Positions 1 through 11,230 of a DNA stretch of 64,000 nt are shown piece after piece (within the stretch, counting starts at the first letter, position 1; every line of letters begins with the position of its first letter). The notes under the pieces were generated by a model. It did no database searches and was not told the DNA's origin. It saw only the letters and a program-made list of their open reading frames with translations. Location of the stretch: the NCBI RefSeq assembly GCF_963921235.1, contig NC_086107.1:104596001-104660000 (forward strand). Direction: 5' to 3'. The position numbers and the translations under genes are program-made. The DNA is from Mobula hypostoma. Taxonomy: Eukaryota.

Positions 1-598
1 TTTCTTCAGCTTTGTACCCACTATCAGTTGAGGCTGCGTTCTTTGAGCATCCCGGGACAAAATCAAACTCTCTCTCAGCTGTGTGGGGTGACAACGTTGT
101 TTCAATGAAGCCCATGGGAAACTTGTGGATCTGCTCACCAGATGTCTGGCAAAGAACAGCTTCTTTCTCATCAGAAAGATCCAACTTTTGACTGGCTAAT
201 GACTGGTCCCCCTGAGCTTTTTGCGGGGCGTTTTGTGAAATAATTCGTGTACACTCGTCAATAATGGTTTTAATCTGAAGGACGCTCGCTGCTGTGAGGA
301 TCTGTAGAGCCTCCACATGGGAGACCATCAGCGAGCCACTGTACATAAAATCCACCAGTCGTCGCAGAGTCTGGGCTGAGACCAAAGGCGGGACCTCAAT
401 CTCACTGTAACCTAACAAGAGTTTGTCATGGAAAAACGGGCTAGCCGCAGCCAAGACACAGCGGTGGGCTCGGAGAGCCGTGTTATGGATACGCACTGTC
501 ACATCGCAGAAATGGCCACCCAGACGTTGTGAGTTCAGAGTTTCCAGAAGGGATCTGCTGAAATTCTGGAGGTTGATGCTATGAAGTTGCTCAGCCAT
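1..598 (-). CDS. ZBTB45: First coding exon (partial, runs off window) of a BTB/POZ zinc-finger protein, ZBTB45-like (ZBTB20/45 subfamily)
   Basis: Manual minus-strand translation from ATG at 598: [123 protein letters not shown]..., open to position 1. '[28 protein letters not shown]' matches ZBTB45 as I recall it. Acceptor ttttgcag| with exon start at 626; in-frame TAA upstream of the ATG. Absent from the ORF track because there is no stop in the window. Confidence 0.88.
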   Translation of the reverse strand, partial: MAEQLHSINLQNFSRSLLETLNSQRLGGHFCDVTVRIHNTALRAHRCVLAAASPFFHDKLLLGYSEIEVPPLVSAQTLRRLVDFMYSGSLMVSHVEALQILTAASVLQIKTIIDECTRIISQNAPQKAQGDQSLASQKLDLSDEKEAVLCQTSGEQIHKFPMGFIETTLSPHTAEREFDFVPGCSKNAASTDSGYKAEE

Positions 599-1334
599 TC
601 TGCTCTGTTACACTGCACAACTCAACCTGCAAAACACAACAATAGGAATCACAGAACATTTCCCACTGATAACTCTCTGCCTATCATAAAGGAGCCATTA
701 GACTGCCCCCCATCACCCAGCACCAGACATGTACTTCCACAGGTCATGACTTTTCATGTGCACATCCAAGTACTTTATAAAAGTGACGACAGATTCCCTC
801 TTCACCTTCTTTTCAGTGAGTGAAAACTTCATACTCCCCAAAGATCATTTATCTAAAAATTCAACACTACCTTCCCCACAAATGAAGACAGAGAGTCATG
901 AGATAGGAGGAGAGGAGGCAGTGGTGGGGCAGACAGGAAGGGAGATTGTAGATATGGAGAAAAGAGTGGGCAAAGATGAACTCGGTTGGGAAAGAGAGAC
1001 ACAAAGGAAGTACAGGCTGGATATAGAACAAGGTCTGTGATCAACTATCAACTATTAACAAATAAAACTTCACCCCAGAAGGCCTCTCAATTTAATTTGC
1101 TGGTCACCACTTCTATAAACTGCCAATCAATCTTCACCCGAACTCCACCATTCCCAGCTCACCAAGATGTTTGCAGCAGCAATAACCCATTTATTATGGC
1201 CTAAACCTTTAAAGCCATTGCTTATATTGAGATATGGCCCAAATGACACTTCCTGAACCTCGATCCCTGCCACACTGAACGTTCACTGACGGAACCGCAC
1301 TATGACACATCTAGTCACACACTTCTTTACATCA

Positions 1335-1800
1335 GTGGCCAGCAGTTTCACACTCCTGGGAGTGCACATTTTGCACAATCTTATCATCCCAGAACACATT
1401 CTACACAGTCAAGAAAGCTCAGCAATACCTGCACCTTCTGAGGAGGCTGAAGAAAGCTGGGCCATACACATCAATACTCACATCCTTCTACAGACGTGCA
1501 GAACAGAGCACCTTAACATGGTGTATCACTGTGTGGTATAGAAGCTGCAGTGTGCCTAACAGGAAGGCTCCATAACGGGTAGTCAAAACTGCGCAATGCC
1601 CCAGCCTACCCGCCATCAAGGACATGTATACAGAAAGGTGCCAGAAAAGGGACAGTGACATCATGAAGGATCCCATTCATCCAGCTTAGGGACCGTTTGT
1701 CCCACTCCCATCAGGGAGGAGGCTATGTAGCATCCACACCAGGACCACCAGATTCAAAAACAGTTACTTTCCCCAAGCAGTAAGGCTGATTAATACCTTC
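1335..1800 (+). mobile_element. Rex1/Babar-type LINE 3' fragment
   Basis: Degenerate RT C-terminus (...PLPSGRRLCSIHTRTTRFKNSYFPQAVRL). Near-copy at 15590-16070. Confidence 0.6.
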
Positions 1801-2269
1801 ACCCACTAACCCACCCCTTCACAGCCCCAACCATCACTACTTTATCATTCCCATCAGTCACCTTATGTACAGACATTCCTGTGCCTAAGATCACTTCACA
1901 GACAGATAATCAATTTATGTATGTAAGATATCTTATGTAATTATATTTATTGCATTTTTTATTATTGTGTTCTTTATGTTATTGTATTTTTTTGTGCTGC
2001 AGAATCAGAATTAGGTTTAACATCACCGGCATATGTTGTGAAATTTGCTAACTTAACAGCAACAGTACAATGCAATACATGATTATATATTTAAAAAAAG
2101 CAAATTGATTACAGTAAATATATATATGTATATTAAATAGTTAAGTTAAAACAAGTGCAAAAACAGATATAATAAAACTTCCTGCTGAAGGGTCTCAGCC
2201 CTTTTCCATAGATGCTGCCTGGCCTGCTGAGCTCCTCCAGCATTTTGTGTGTGTTACTGTCATAAAAGT

Positions 2270-2765
2270 GAGGTAGTGTTCATGGGTTTGATGTCCACTC
2301 AGAAATCTGACGGCAGAGGGGAAGAAGCTGTTCTTGAATCGCTGAGTGTGTGCCTTCAGGCTTCTGTACCTCCCTCCTGACAGTAACAAAGGGAAGAGGG
2401 CATGTCCTGGGTGATGGGGGTCCTTAGTAATAGATGCCACCTTTCTGAGGCACAGCTCCTTGAAGATGTCCTGGATACTACGGAGGCTAGTACCCAAGAT
2501 GGAGCTGACTAATTTTACAACTTTATGTGCGTCTTTTGATCCTGTGCAGTAGCCCCCCCCACCCCCCACCATACCAGACAGTGATACAGCAGTTAGAATT
2601 CACTCCACTGTAGATCTATAGACATTTTCGAGTGTATTAAGTGACAAATGAAATCTCCTCTAGCTCCTGAAGGCAATTCGCTGTCTTGCCTTCTTTTTAG
2701 CTGCATTGATATGTTGGGACCAGGTTAGATCCTCAGACATATTGACACCCAGGAATTTGAAATTA
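2270..2765 (-). mobile_element. Rex1/Babar-type LINE 3' fragment
   Basis: ORF 2195-2572: KDPHHPGHALFPLLLSGGRYRSLKAHTQRFKNSFFPSAVR. Confidence 0.7.
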
Positions 2766-3474
2766 CTCCACAGACCCGGAGTAACAATTATTTTTGTTCT
2801 CCTTTACACTTGTGTACTGGAAATAACATTGAACATTCTTGAATGTGAGACTGTAGTAATTGCTGAGAGAAGATTTGCTGGAGTGACAGCAGCCTATTAA
2901 TTACTGGATCACCCCTTTAGGGAAAAGTCAGAGTTCCATTATATGTGAACTGGCTTTATTTATATCAATGAGATTTTTAAATAGTGTGTTGCAATTAATA
3001 AGGCATAACTGTGACACATGATTTGAATGGTTAACAGTTGCTGACATTACATATTAAGTATTCCCTCTGCTGATCAGCTCAGCCTCAATCAAAACATGTC
3101 TTCTCCCACAATTCTGTTATTTTATCTATTCTTGCCATAATAATGCAAGAATTAATCATTCATCAGGATCATGGCATATCTCCTACTTCAGTTCCATGTT
3201 TCCAAAATAATTCCATATCTATTGATTTCCATAATAACCAGAAACCTATATTAATCGGTCTTTATAGTGCATGCAATGACTGAACCTCCACAGCCATCTT
3301 GGTAAGACGCCTCCCTGAGTGAAGTAGTTTCTCCTTAACCTAGTCCCAAATTGCCTACCCTCATATCCTGAATCTAGGACTTCTCAGCCAGGAGAAAGAT
3401 CTTCCCCACATCCCTCTTCTAGCCTTCCACTAAGTTTCAATGAGATTCTCTCCCATTCTACTATGAAGAATTTA

Positions 3475-4327
3475 CACTCTGTGGACATTTTATTTCTCCA
3501 AGAGGACCACAATCTTGTGGCTTGTGTGCCTCAATGACCCGGAGAGCTATGTTGGCTGGAGTCATGGCTTTGTGCTTTGGCTCTTGGTAGGGTCACCCAT
3601 GCCAAACAGGTCAAAGGGTAGAGGCCAGACTACGAATGATCCACTGTTCCTCTAGGTTTGGGGATTCAGTTCAGGGTAACAAACATGACTGCTCAAAAAA
3701 TTGTTACAGAAACAGCAATGAAGAATTCTCCTTTAACTGTGTGTGATAGCATTGAACAGACAGAGATGAAGGACCTTCATTGTTGCCCTAAACGCCAACA
3801 GCGTAATGGGCAGTAAGGACACTTTATTAGGTACAGCTGCTCGTTAATGCAAATACCTAATCAGCCAATCATATGGCAGTAACTCAATGCATAAGAGCAT
3901 CAGATATGGTCACGAGGTTCAGTTATTGTTCAGACCAAATATCAGAATGGGGAACTAGTGTGATCTAAGTGACTTTGACTGTGGAATGATCGTTGGTGCC
4001 AGACAGGGTGGTTTGAGTATCTCAGGAACTGCAGATCTCCTGAGATTTTAATGCATTACAGTCTCCAGAGTTTACGGAGAATGGTGCGAAAAACAAAGGA
4101 ATGTCCAGTGAGTGTCAGTTTTGTGGGCAAAAATGTCTTGAGAGAGATCAGAGATGATCGGCAGACTGGTTCAAGCTGCCAGGAAGTTGACAGAACTCAA
4201 ATAACCACGTATTACAACAGTGGTGTGCAGAAGAGCACCTCTGAATACACAACATGTCAAGCCATGGGCTACAGCAGCAGAAAACACCGGGTTTCACTGC
4301 TATACCTAATAAATTGGCCACTGAGTG
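3475..4327. mobile_element. Tc1-derived non-autonomous element, interrupted by an RTE-derived short element
   Basis: TA-flanked TIRs CACTC(T/A)GTGG...TTTATTAGGTA at 3475 and ending at 4327. Left TIR is split by the insertion at 3495-3816. Confidence 0.65.
3495..3816 (+). mobile_element. Short non-autonomous RTE-derived (bipartite) retroelement
   Basis: 12-bp TSD ggaca(t/c)tttatt at 3483-3494 and 3817-3828. Second copy at about 17955-18270. Resembles an RTE/Expander 5' UTR fused to an RTE 3' end. Confidence 0.55.
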
Positions 4328-4779
4328 TAGATCTAGTCTAGTCAAGCTCACTTCTTACTGTAATACAGCTATTACAAGAATAAAACTGATGAATCTTCAT
4401 CACACTCCCTGTATGACATCTATATTAGAAACTGAAATCAAAACCTTATGCAATATCTGAGATGTTGTTTAACCAAGGCTCTATATTATAATACATTATT
4501 AAAATACAATTTCCCATTAAAACTATTTTCATTAATCAATATATATTGCTCTAATAATGCAGGTCGATGGATCGCTGGTCTGACAGACAATAAGCCTAGC
4601 CTGGTACACGATCGAGCTTGAACTGGGTACAATCACAAAGGTCAGCTGAAATTCTAAAAGTAGTCTATTGAATCAGAAATAGAGATTGGGTCCAAGCAAT
4701 TGCTGGCTCAAATATCAGCTGTGAATAGAAAGCACTCAAATGCAGGAGCTGAAGTTCATTTGGGAAATCTGAAGTGGCG

Positions 4780-5450
4780 TTTCTGATGAGGCCGCACCTG
4801 CCCGTCTGACAAGGCTGCGCTGGGACCACGGGTTATTTATGGCGGCCGCACCAGGGGCAGAGACTGCGGGCCATCTCACATCGCCAGCCAGCTGTCCGGT
4901 GTGGGTCCTGGTCCTTTAAATCTTACAGCAGACTATGGGGAAGGCGCCTCGGCATCACGTGCCTGCCGCTGACCTATCCGAGCTCGGCCCATTCTCGCTG
5001 CCCAGCAGCACCATTGACCCCTGAACCGCAAAGCAACGAACTCGGCTTTCTCCCGCTGGCGACCTCCCACAGGAACACCCCCGCTACGCCGACGCAGGCG
5101 GCCCTCCACCCCTCACACGAAGAGTGTCGCACCGCTGGCCGGGCTCCGCTAGTGCCGCTCACCTCTTGTCGTCCGGGATCGACAACCTCTCAGCCCAACG
5201 GGGGCAGGGATGTGATGACGCAATCACGCAACGTGCTGCGTGAGTTCAAGTCAACCGCCGTCACCGCAAATCGCGCATGCGCCCCTCTCTCAACTCAGCG
5301 GCACATGCCGCCAGCTGGTCGGAGGTGCGCGCTGGGGTCGAGGTAGAGGGCACGTCATTTGTCGGTGACGTCATTCTGATTGAACGTGGCCGCCATTTTT
5401 GTGAGGTCGGACTGGACTGAGTGAGGCAGAAAGCGCGCAGGGAGGGAGGG
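4780..5450. promoter_or_regulatory. CpG island / bidirectional promoter shared by the ZBTB45-like (-) and THAP7-like (+) genes
   Basis: GC- and CpG-rich. NRF1 palindrome GCGCATGCGC 5273-5282, full CRE TGACGTCA 5366-5373, TGACGCAA near 5216, YY1 motif CCGCCATTTT 5390-5399. Plus-strand donor candidates GTGAGG at 5401 and 5421. Confidence 0.75.
5163..5230 (-). other. ZBTB45: Probable non-coding first exon of the ZBTB45-like gene
   Basis: Strong minus-strand donor AG|GTGAGC (plus strand gctcac|ct, 5157-5164) inside the CpG island. The 5' boundary is a guess. Confidence 0.5.
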
Positions 5451-6060
5451 GATGAGAAGGGAAGGGCAGGGATTTGCGGGTAGGATCTGCAGAGGGTGAC
5501 AGTGGTGGTAGGACGTGGGGAGTGTAGGCAGGGGGAGCTGCGTGAGGGTCCAGGAGGCACGGGAGAATGGAGAAGGGGTTTGGAAGACGGGGGTGGGTAG
5601 GAGGAGAAGGACCAAAAGTCACAGAAGGGTAGGGGGCACGGGAAGACGAAATCGTCCTGCCAACCCCTCCCCAACACACCCTCAATCACCCTGCCACCCT
5701 CCTTCCACAACCTTTCTCCTTGCTCCCCATCCAAACCCTTTCTCTCCCTGCCAGCCCCCCATGAGCTGCCCCACTGTTACCACCCAGCTGTCCAGCTCTT
5801 CCCCTCTCCTTTTGATCATTTGGTCACCTTCCCCCCTCTTTCCTTTCCCTCCCTCTCCTTGCCCCAACCTCTTCAGTCACCTCTCTCCACCTTGCCCACT
5901 GTCATTGTTTCCCTTCCTTGGGTGCTCCCTCTCATCACAGTTCCCTCTCTTGTTTCTTTGTCCTCTTTAACGTCCCGTGTTTAGAACTGGGAGGAATGTG
6001 GATGGAAGTGTTACTGAAACCTTGCTTGATCTGTCTCAGGGTGCCCCCAGCCTGCCTGTC

Positions 6061-6140
6061 ATGCCGCGTCACTGCTCTGCTGAGGGTTGCCGATCCAGGG
6101 ACACAAAGGATTCCAGAATTAATGGCATCACCTTTCACAG
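6061..6140 (+). CDS. THAP7: THAP7-like protein, coding exon 1 ([27 protein letters not shown])
   Basis: THAP domain N-terminus M-P-x-x-C-x4-C...FHR. Acceptor ctcag| before 6040, donor AG|GTCAGT after 6140; 80 nt, phase 2. Confidence 0.88.
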
Positions 6141-6269
6141 GTCAGTACAGCTCTTCCTACACACCTTGCCTTCTGATCTTCTCCTCCCCACCATCCCTAG
6201 CATACCTGCAACCTGTAACCTGTGACACCATTGCCATATCTTGCTTTTGAATTGTTCTGATCTATGCAG

Positions 6270-6425
6270 GTTGCCAAAGAAGGGAAAAAGTCAGCGTGAG
6301 ATCTGGTTATTGAACTGCTGTCGTAAGAACCCGGATGGGACAGTTCCCTGGAAACCATCCTCACAGTTTGTCTATTTCTGTTCAAAACACTTTGAAAGAC
6401 AATGCTTTGAACTTGTGGGACTGAG
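6270..6425 (+). CDS. THAP7: THAP7-like protein, coding exon 2 (LPKKGKSQREIWLLNCCRKNPDGTVPWKPSSQFVYFCSKHFERQCFELVGL)
   Basis: THAP core with W...CSKHF. Acceptor atgcag|G and donor AG|GTAAT; 156 nt keeps the frame. Confidence 0.9.
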
Positions 6426-7574
6426 GTAATGTGCAAATGGAACTAAATATTGAACATCTGTTTGTCCTCTGTAGACTATTCCCCCTTCTCCCCCCAACCG
6501 CCCCCCCCAGGGGCTCAGGTGCCCGACCCTCATTTGCCTTCAATGTCAATCATTCAACCATACATGAATATTCAATAGGTACATTTAATGTCAGAGAAAT
6601 GTTTATAATATACATCCTGAAATTCTTTTTCTTTGCAAACATCCACGAAAACAGGAGTGCCCCAAAGAATGAATGTTCAATGTTAGAACCCCAAAGCCTC
6701 CCCCAGCTCCCCCATCCCACGCATTAGCAGCAGCAAAGCATTGGCGCCCCCCACTGAGCATTCAAGTGTGTAGCAAAGCATCAATAAAGACACAGACGCA
6801 GTACCCCAAAGACTACTCGTTCACCTGGTAATTCGACATACCACTGGCTCGCTCTCTCCCTAATAAGGGAAAAAGAGGTATCCCCGTTTCACAGCGAGAG
6901 GGGAGACATAACAAGCAACTCGCTGATTTACGATGTTAAAAGTCTGTTGCTTCACCTTTTCTGAGCTCTGTGCCCAAAGAACTCGGGTCCCTGGGTACAC
7001 AGCCAGCAGCCAGTTCGCTGCTTTCAGTCTTCTGTGTACTCCCACAACACACCAGGTGGTGGCACCGGCCTGAAATCTGTCTGCCTCCAGAGCCACGAAA
7101 ATCCAGCACCCTGAAAGCATGCTGGTCTTCCAGGCCGCATCCTTGGCATATCGAAAAGCAGCCGGTCGTGAGGCCCTGAGAGTGGGTCCCATTTCCGCAA
7201 AGAACCTAAATCAGCATGTGACTGCAGGTCAAGGTCTTCAAAAGAACCCTGAAAAGAAAAAAAGAGATATTAAAGATAGAAATCGAGCTGATGCAAGCAA
7301 AGGAGTTGTCGTTAGCCACCATCATCCTCCGCTCCGCCCTGCTGAACTTCTCGTATTCGTGAATACAGCCAAACAAAACAGTGTTACTCTGGGGCCAAGG
7401 TGCAAAACACAATTCCAACAGTCGCACACTGCACAAAGCACATACAAGATATCAGTAAAATACAGTCACGCAGAAAAAAAAATTCCAAGACCCAGAGTTC
7501 ATGAATGTTGCAGCAGTCAGCAGTTGAACACACTACAGCTTGTCTCCACTCTTCCATCTTCTGAAGCCCAGTGA

Positions 7575-9530
7575 CAACTGTCAGACACCTTCTCTTTCTT
7601 ACCCCTCAAACAGGACCCCACTAAGGAGCAGCAGGCCATTGTCTCCCACACCATCACTGACTTTATTAACTGTGGGGATCTCCCGTCCACTGCCACCAAC
7701 CTCATAGTTCCCTCACGCCACACCTCCGGGGTTTCTCTCTCCTACCCAAGATCCACAAACCTGCCTGTCCAGGTAGACCCATTGTTTCTGTTTGTTCCTG
7801 CCCCACTGAACTTACATCTGCACACCTCGACTATCCCTCCAGTTCAGACTCTTCCTACCTAATCCGTGACACTTCACACACTCTTGATCTTTTCAGTGGT
7901 TTCAAGTTCCCTGGCCCATATCGTCTTATTTTCACCGTCCCCCACCAGGAAGGCTTAAAGCTCTCCATTTCTTTCTGGACACCAGACGCAACCAGTTCCC
8001 CTTCATCACCACTCTCCTCTGCCAAATGGAACTTGTCCTCATTCTAAATAATCTCTCCTTTGGATCCTCTTACTTCCTTCAAACAAAAGGACAAACCTGT
8101 TCCTTCAAATATGGGCACTCACATGGGTCCCAGCTATTCCTGCCTGTTTGTGGGCTATGTGGAACAATCTATGCTCTAAGCCTATGCTGGTATCGCTTCC
8201 CAACTTTTCCTACACCACATTGGCAACTACATTGGGGCTGTTTCCTGCACCCATGCAGAGCTCGTTGACTTTATCAACATTGCCTCCAACTTCCACCCTG
8301 CCCTCAAATTTACCTGGTCCATTTTGACCCTTCCCTCCCCTTTCTCGATCTCTCTGTCTCTATCTCTGGAGACACTTATCTGCTGATGTCTATTATAAAC
8401 CCACAGCTACCTGGACTATACCTCTTCCCTCCCTGTTACTTGTAAAAATGCCATCCCCTTCTCTCAATTCCTCCATCTCTGCCGCATCTGCTCTCAGGAT
8501 GAGATTTTTAATTCCCAAACTAAGGAGATGTCCTCCTCCTTCAAAGAAATTAGCTTCCCTTCCTCCACCATCAACGCTGCCCTCAACCGCATCTCTTCCA
8601 TTTCGCACACGTCTGCCCTCACCTCATCCTCCCCGCCATCCCCCCTCCCTCCGTATCCAGCACATAATTTTCCATAACTTCTGCCATCTCCAGTGGGACC
8701 CCACTACCCAGCACATCTTTCCCTCCCTCCCCCCACTCCCTACGTGACTTCCTTGTCCATTCATCCCTCCCCACTGATCTCCCTCCTGGCTCCTTTCCTT
8801 GCAAGCGGAACAAGTGCTACACCTGCCCCTACACCTCCTCCCTCACCACCATTCAGTGCCCCAAACAGTCCTACTGGGTGAGGTGACACTTCACCTGTGA
8901 GTCTGTTGGGGTCATCTGCCGCGTTCAGTACTGCCGGTGTGGCCTCCTGTATATTGGGAAGAGCCAACGCAGATAGAGAGACCGCTTCGCCAAGCACCTA
9001 CGCTGTCCACCAGAAAAAGCCGGATCTCCTGGTGGCCACACATTTTTAATTCCACTTCCCTTTCCCATTGCGATATGTCAGTCTGTGGCCTCCTCTGCTG
9101 CCACGATGAGGCCATGCTCAGGTTGGAGGATCAACATCTTGTATTCCATCTGGGTAGCCTATAACTTGATGGCATGAACATCATTTTCTCGAACTCCACC
9201 CTTCACCATTTCCCATTCCCCTCCCCCTTTCATGTTATCTCCTTCCCTGCCCATCACCTCCCTGTGGTGCTCCTCCCCTTTTTTTTCCATGGCCTTCTGT
9301 CCTCTCCTATCAGATTTTCCCCCTTCTCCAGCCCTGTACCTCTTTCACCAATCAACATCCCAGCTCTTCGCTTCGCCCCTCCTGGTTTCATCCTCCCCTT
9401 CCCCCAATTTCTTACTCTGACTCCTCATCTTTTTTACCAGTCCAGATGAAGGGTCTCGGCCTGAAACGTCGACTGTTTACTCTTTTTCATAGATGCTGCC
9501 TGGCCTGCTGAGCTCCCCCAGCATCTTGTT
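7575..9530 (+). mobile_element. Penelope-like element (RT + GIY-YIG), decayed
   Basis: Frameshifted homologue of the 48250-49377 ORF (LPKIHKP, LVLILNN, GIY-YIG region). 3' hammerhead-like motif at 9438-9475. Confidence 0.85.
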
Positions 9531-10624
9531 TCTTTTTGCATGGCTGGTCTTCTGCTGAGCTAACACTGGGGCAGCACCGACCCCAGCTTGGACACTGCAA
9601 TGCACTGCTCCTGGTGTGCTCACTCCAATGCCACTCTGCTGGGCGGCTGTGCTGATAGCTGAAAGTGTTTTAAAAACGCTGGTGCAGCATTAGCTAAAAG
9701 TACAGGATATGGGTTCAAACCCACCCCTGCCCTGGTAGTTTACTGGCCATAATGTTTACATCTGCTTGTCTTTGCAATTTCCCACAGCCGATGGTTTGTA
9801 ATCATTGAGCGTATAGCAAATGGCAGTAACATTTCAGTCACGTGCATGTGCGTAGTAAAAGAAACTGCTGGTGCTACAATCTGGAAGGAAAACAGACCAC
9901 GGGAAGAAATCAGCAGGTCAGGCAGCATCTGTCGAGCCAAAAGGTGTCAGTGGATGTTTAGGGCGAGACTCTGTGTCGTAATGAGAGGGAGGCTGGTGCG
10001 TCGGCTTTAAAAAGGTAGTGGGGGTGGGAAACGTGAACAAAAGGAGAAGGAAACCAGATGAATGTGGGTAGGAGAAGATCAGTGGGTGCGTGGGCTTACT
10101 GAAATTTGTTTTAAAAAATGATAGTGTGTGCAAGTTTGAGACAGCAGTCTCCAGTCACAGGTCACTTTAAACACTCCTTCCCATTCCCACACCTCTGCCT
10201 TCACCATTACTGTAGAGAAGCTAAACAAAGAGCAGAAGAACATCTCGTATTCCACTTTGCTAGCTTATAACCCATTGGTATGAACATTAAATATTCCAGT
10301 TTGAGGTTCTCCCACCCTCACTGTACCTCCACACACACTCACCTTTTCATCATCCCCTCCTCACCTCCCCTTCAGGTTGCACCTACCAGCTTTGTCTAAA
10401 TGCCCAGCCTCCCCTCCCCCCCCCACCCACATGGGTCTACCTGTCCTTCAGCCCTTCCCCATCTGATTCCACTTATCACCCCCCAGCCTCCATCCCATCC
10501 CCACCCCGTCATGCTGTATACCTGCAGTCTTTCCTTTTCCCTCGGTCCCAGTGCAGGGTCTCGACTTACACGGTTTGTCTCTGTGGATGCAGACTGACAC
10601 ATTGAGTTTTTCTGACATTGATTT

Positions 10625-11100
10625 TTTTTTGCTCCTCAATTCGGAGGAGCAGCGCCTTATGTTCTGCCTGGGTAGCTTCCAACCTGATGGCATGAACATT
10701 GATTTCTCAAACTTCCAGTAATTACCGCCCTCCCCTTCTCCTTCACCATTTCCCCATTCCTATTTCCCTCTGTCACCTTATCTCCTTACCTGCCCATCAC
10801 CTTCCTCTGGTGCTCCTCCCCCTTCCCCTTCTTCCATGGTGTTTTACCCTCTTCCATCAGATTCCCTCTCTTCCAACCTTTTATGTCTTTCACCAATCGA
10901 CTTCCCAGCTCTTTACTTCACTCCCTCCCCACTCCCAGTTCCACCTGCAACCCTCTACTTCCTCCTCCCCTCCCCCCACCTTCTTACCCTACTCCTCTCC
11001 AGTCTTGATTGAGTGTCTTGGCCCGAAATGTCGACTGTTTACTCTTTTCCATAGACGCTGCCTAACCTGCTGAGTTCCTCCAGCGTTCTGTGTGTGTGGC
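10625..11100 (+). mobile_element. Penelope-like element 3' fragment
   Basis: ...LGSFQPDGMNIDFSNF end, pyrimidine-rich 3' UTR, degenerate hammerhead at 11000-11037 and conserved tail. Confidence 0.75.
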
Positions 11101-11230
11101 TCCATTTTTTTTTGTTCTTTTCTGTAGTATGTTTTGCCCACTTTATAAGGAAGAGCACTTCATTCCACCTTGCTCCACTCTTGCAAGACTTTGGCCCAGT
11201 TTTCGAATTTTGTTGGTAATTATAAGCTTT

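Noticed and set aside
5014..5970. Several overlapping ORFs of 86-157 aa
   Set aside because: CpG island and purine/pyrimidine tracts; no recognisable protein motif.
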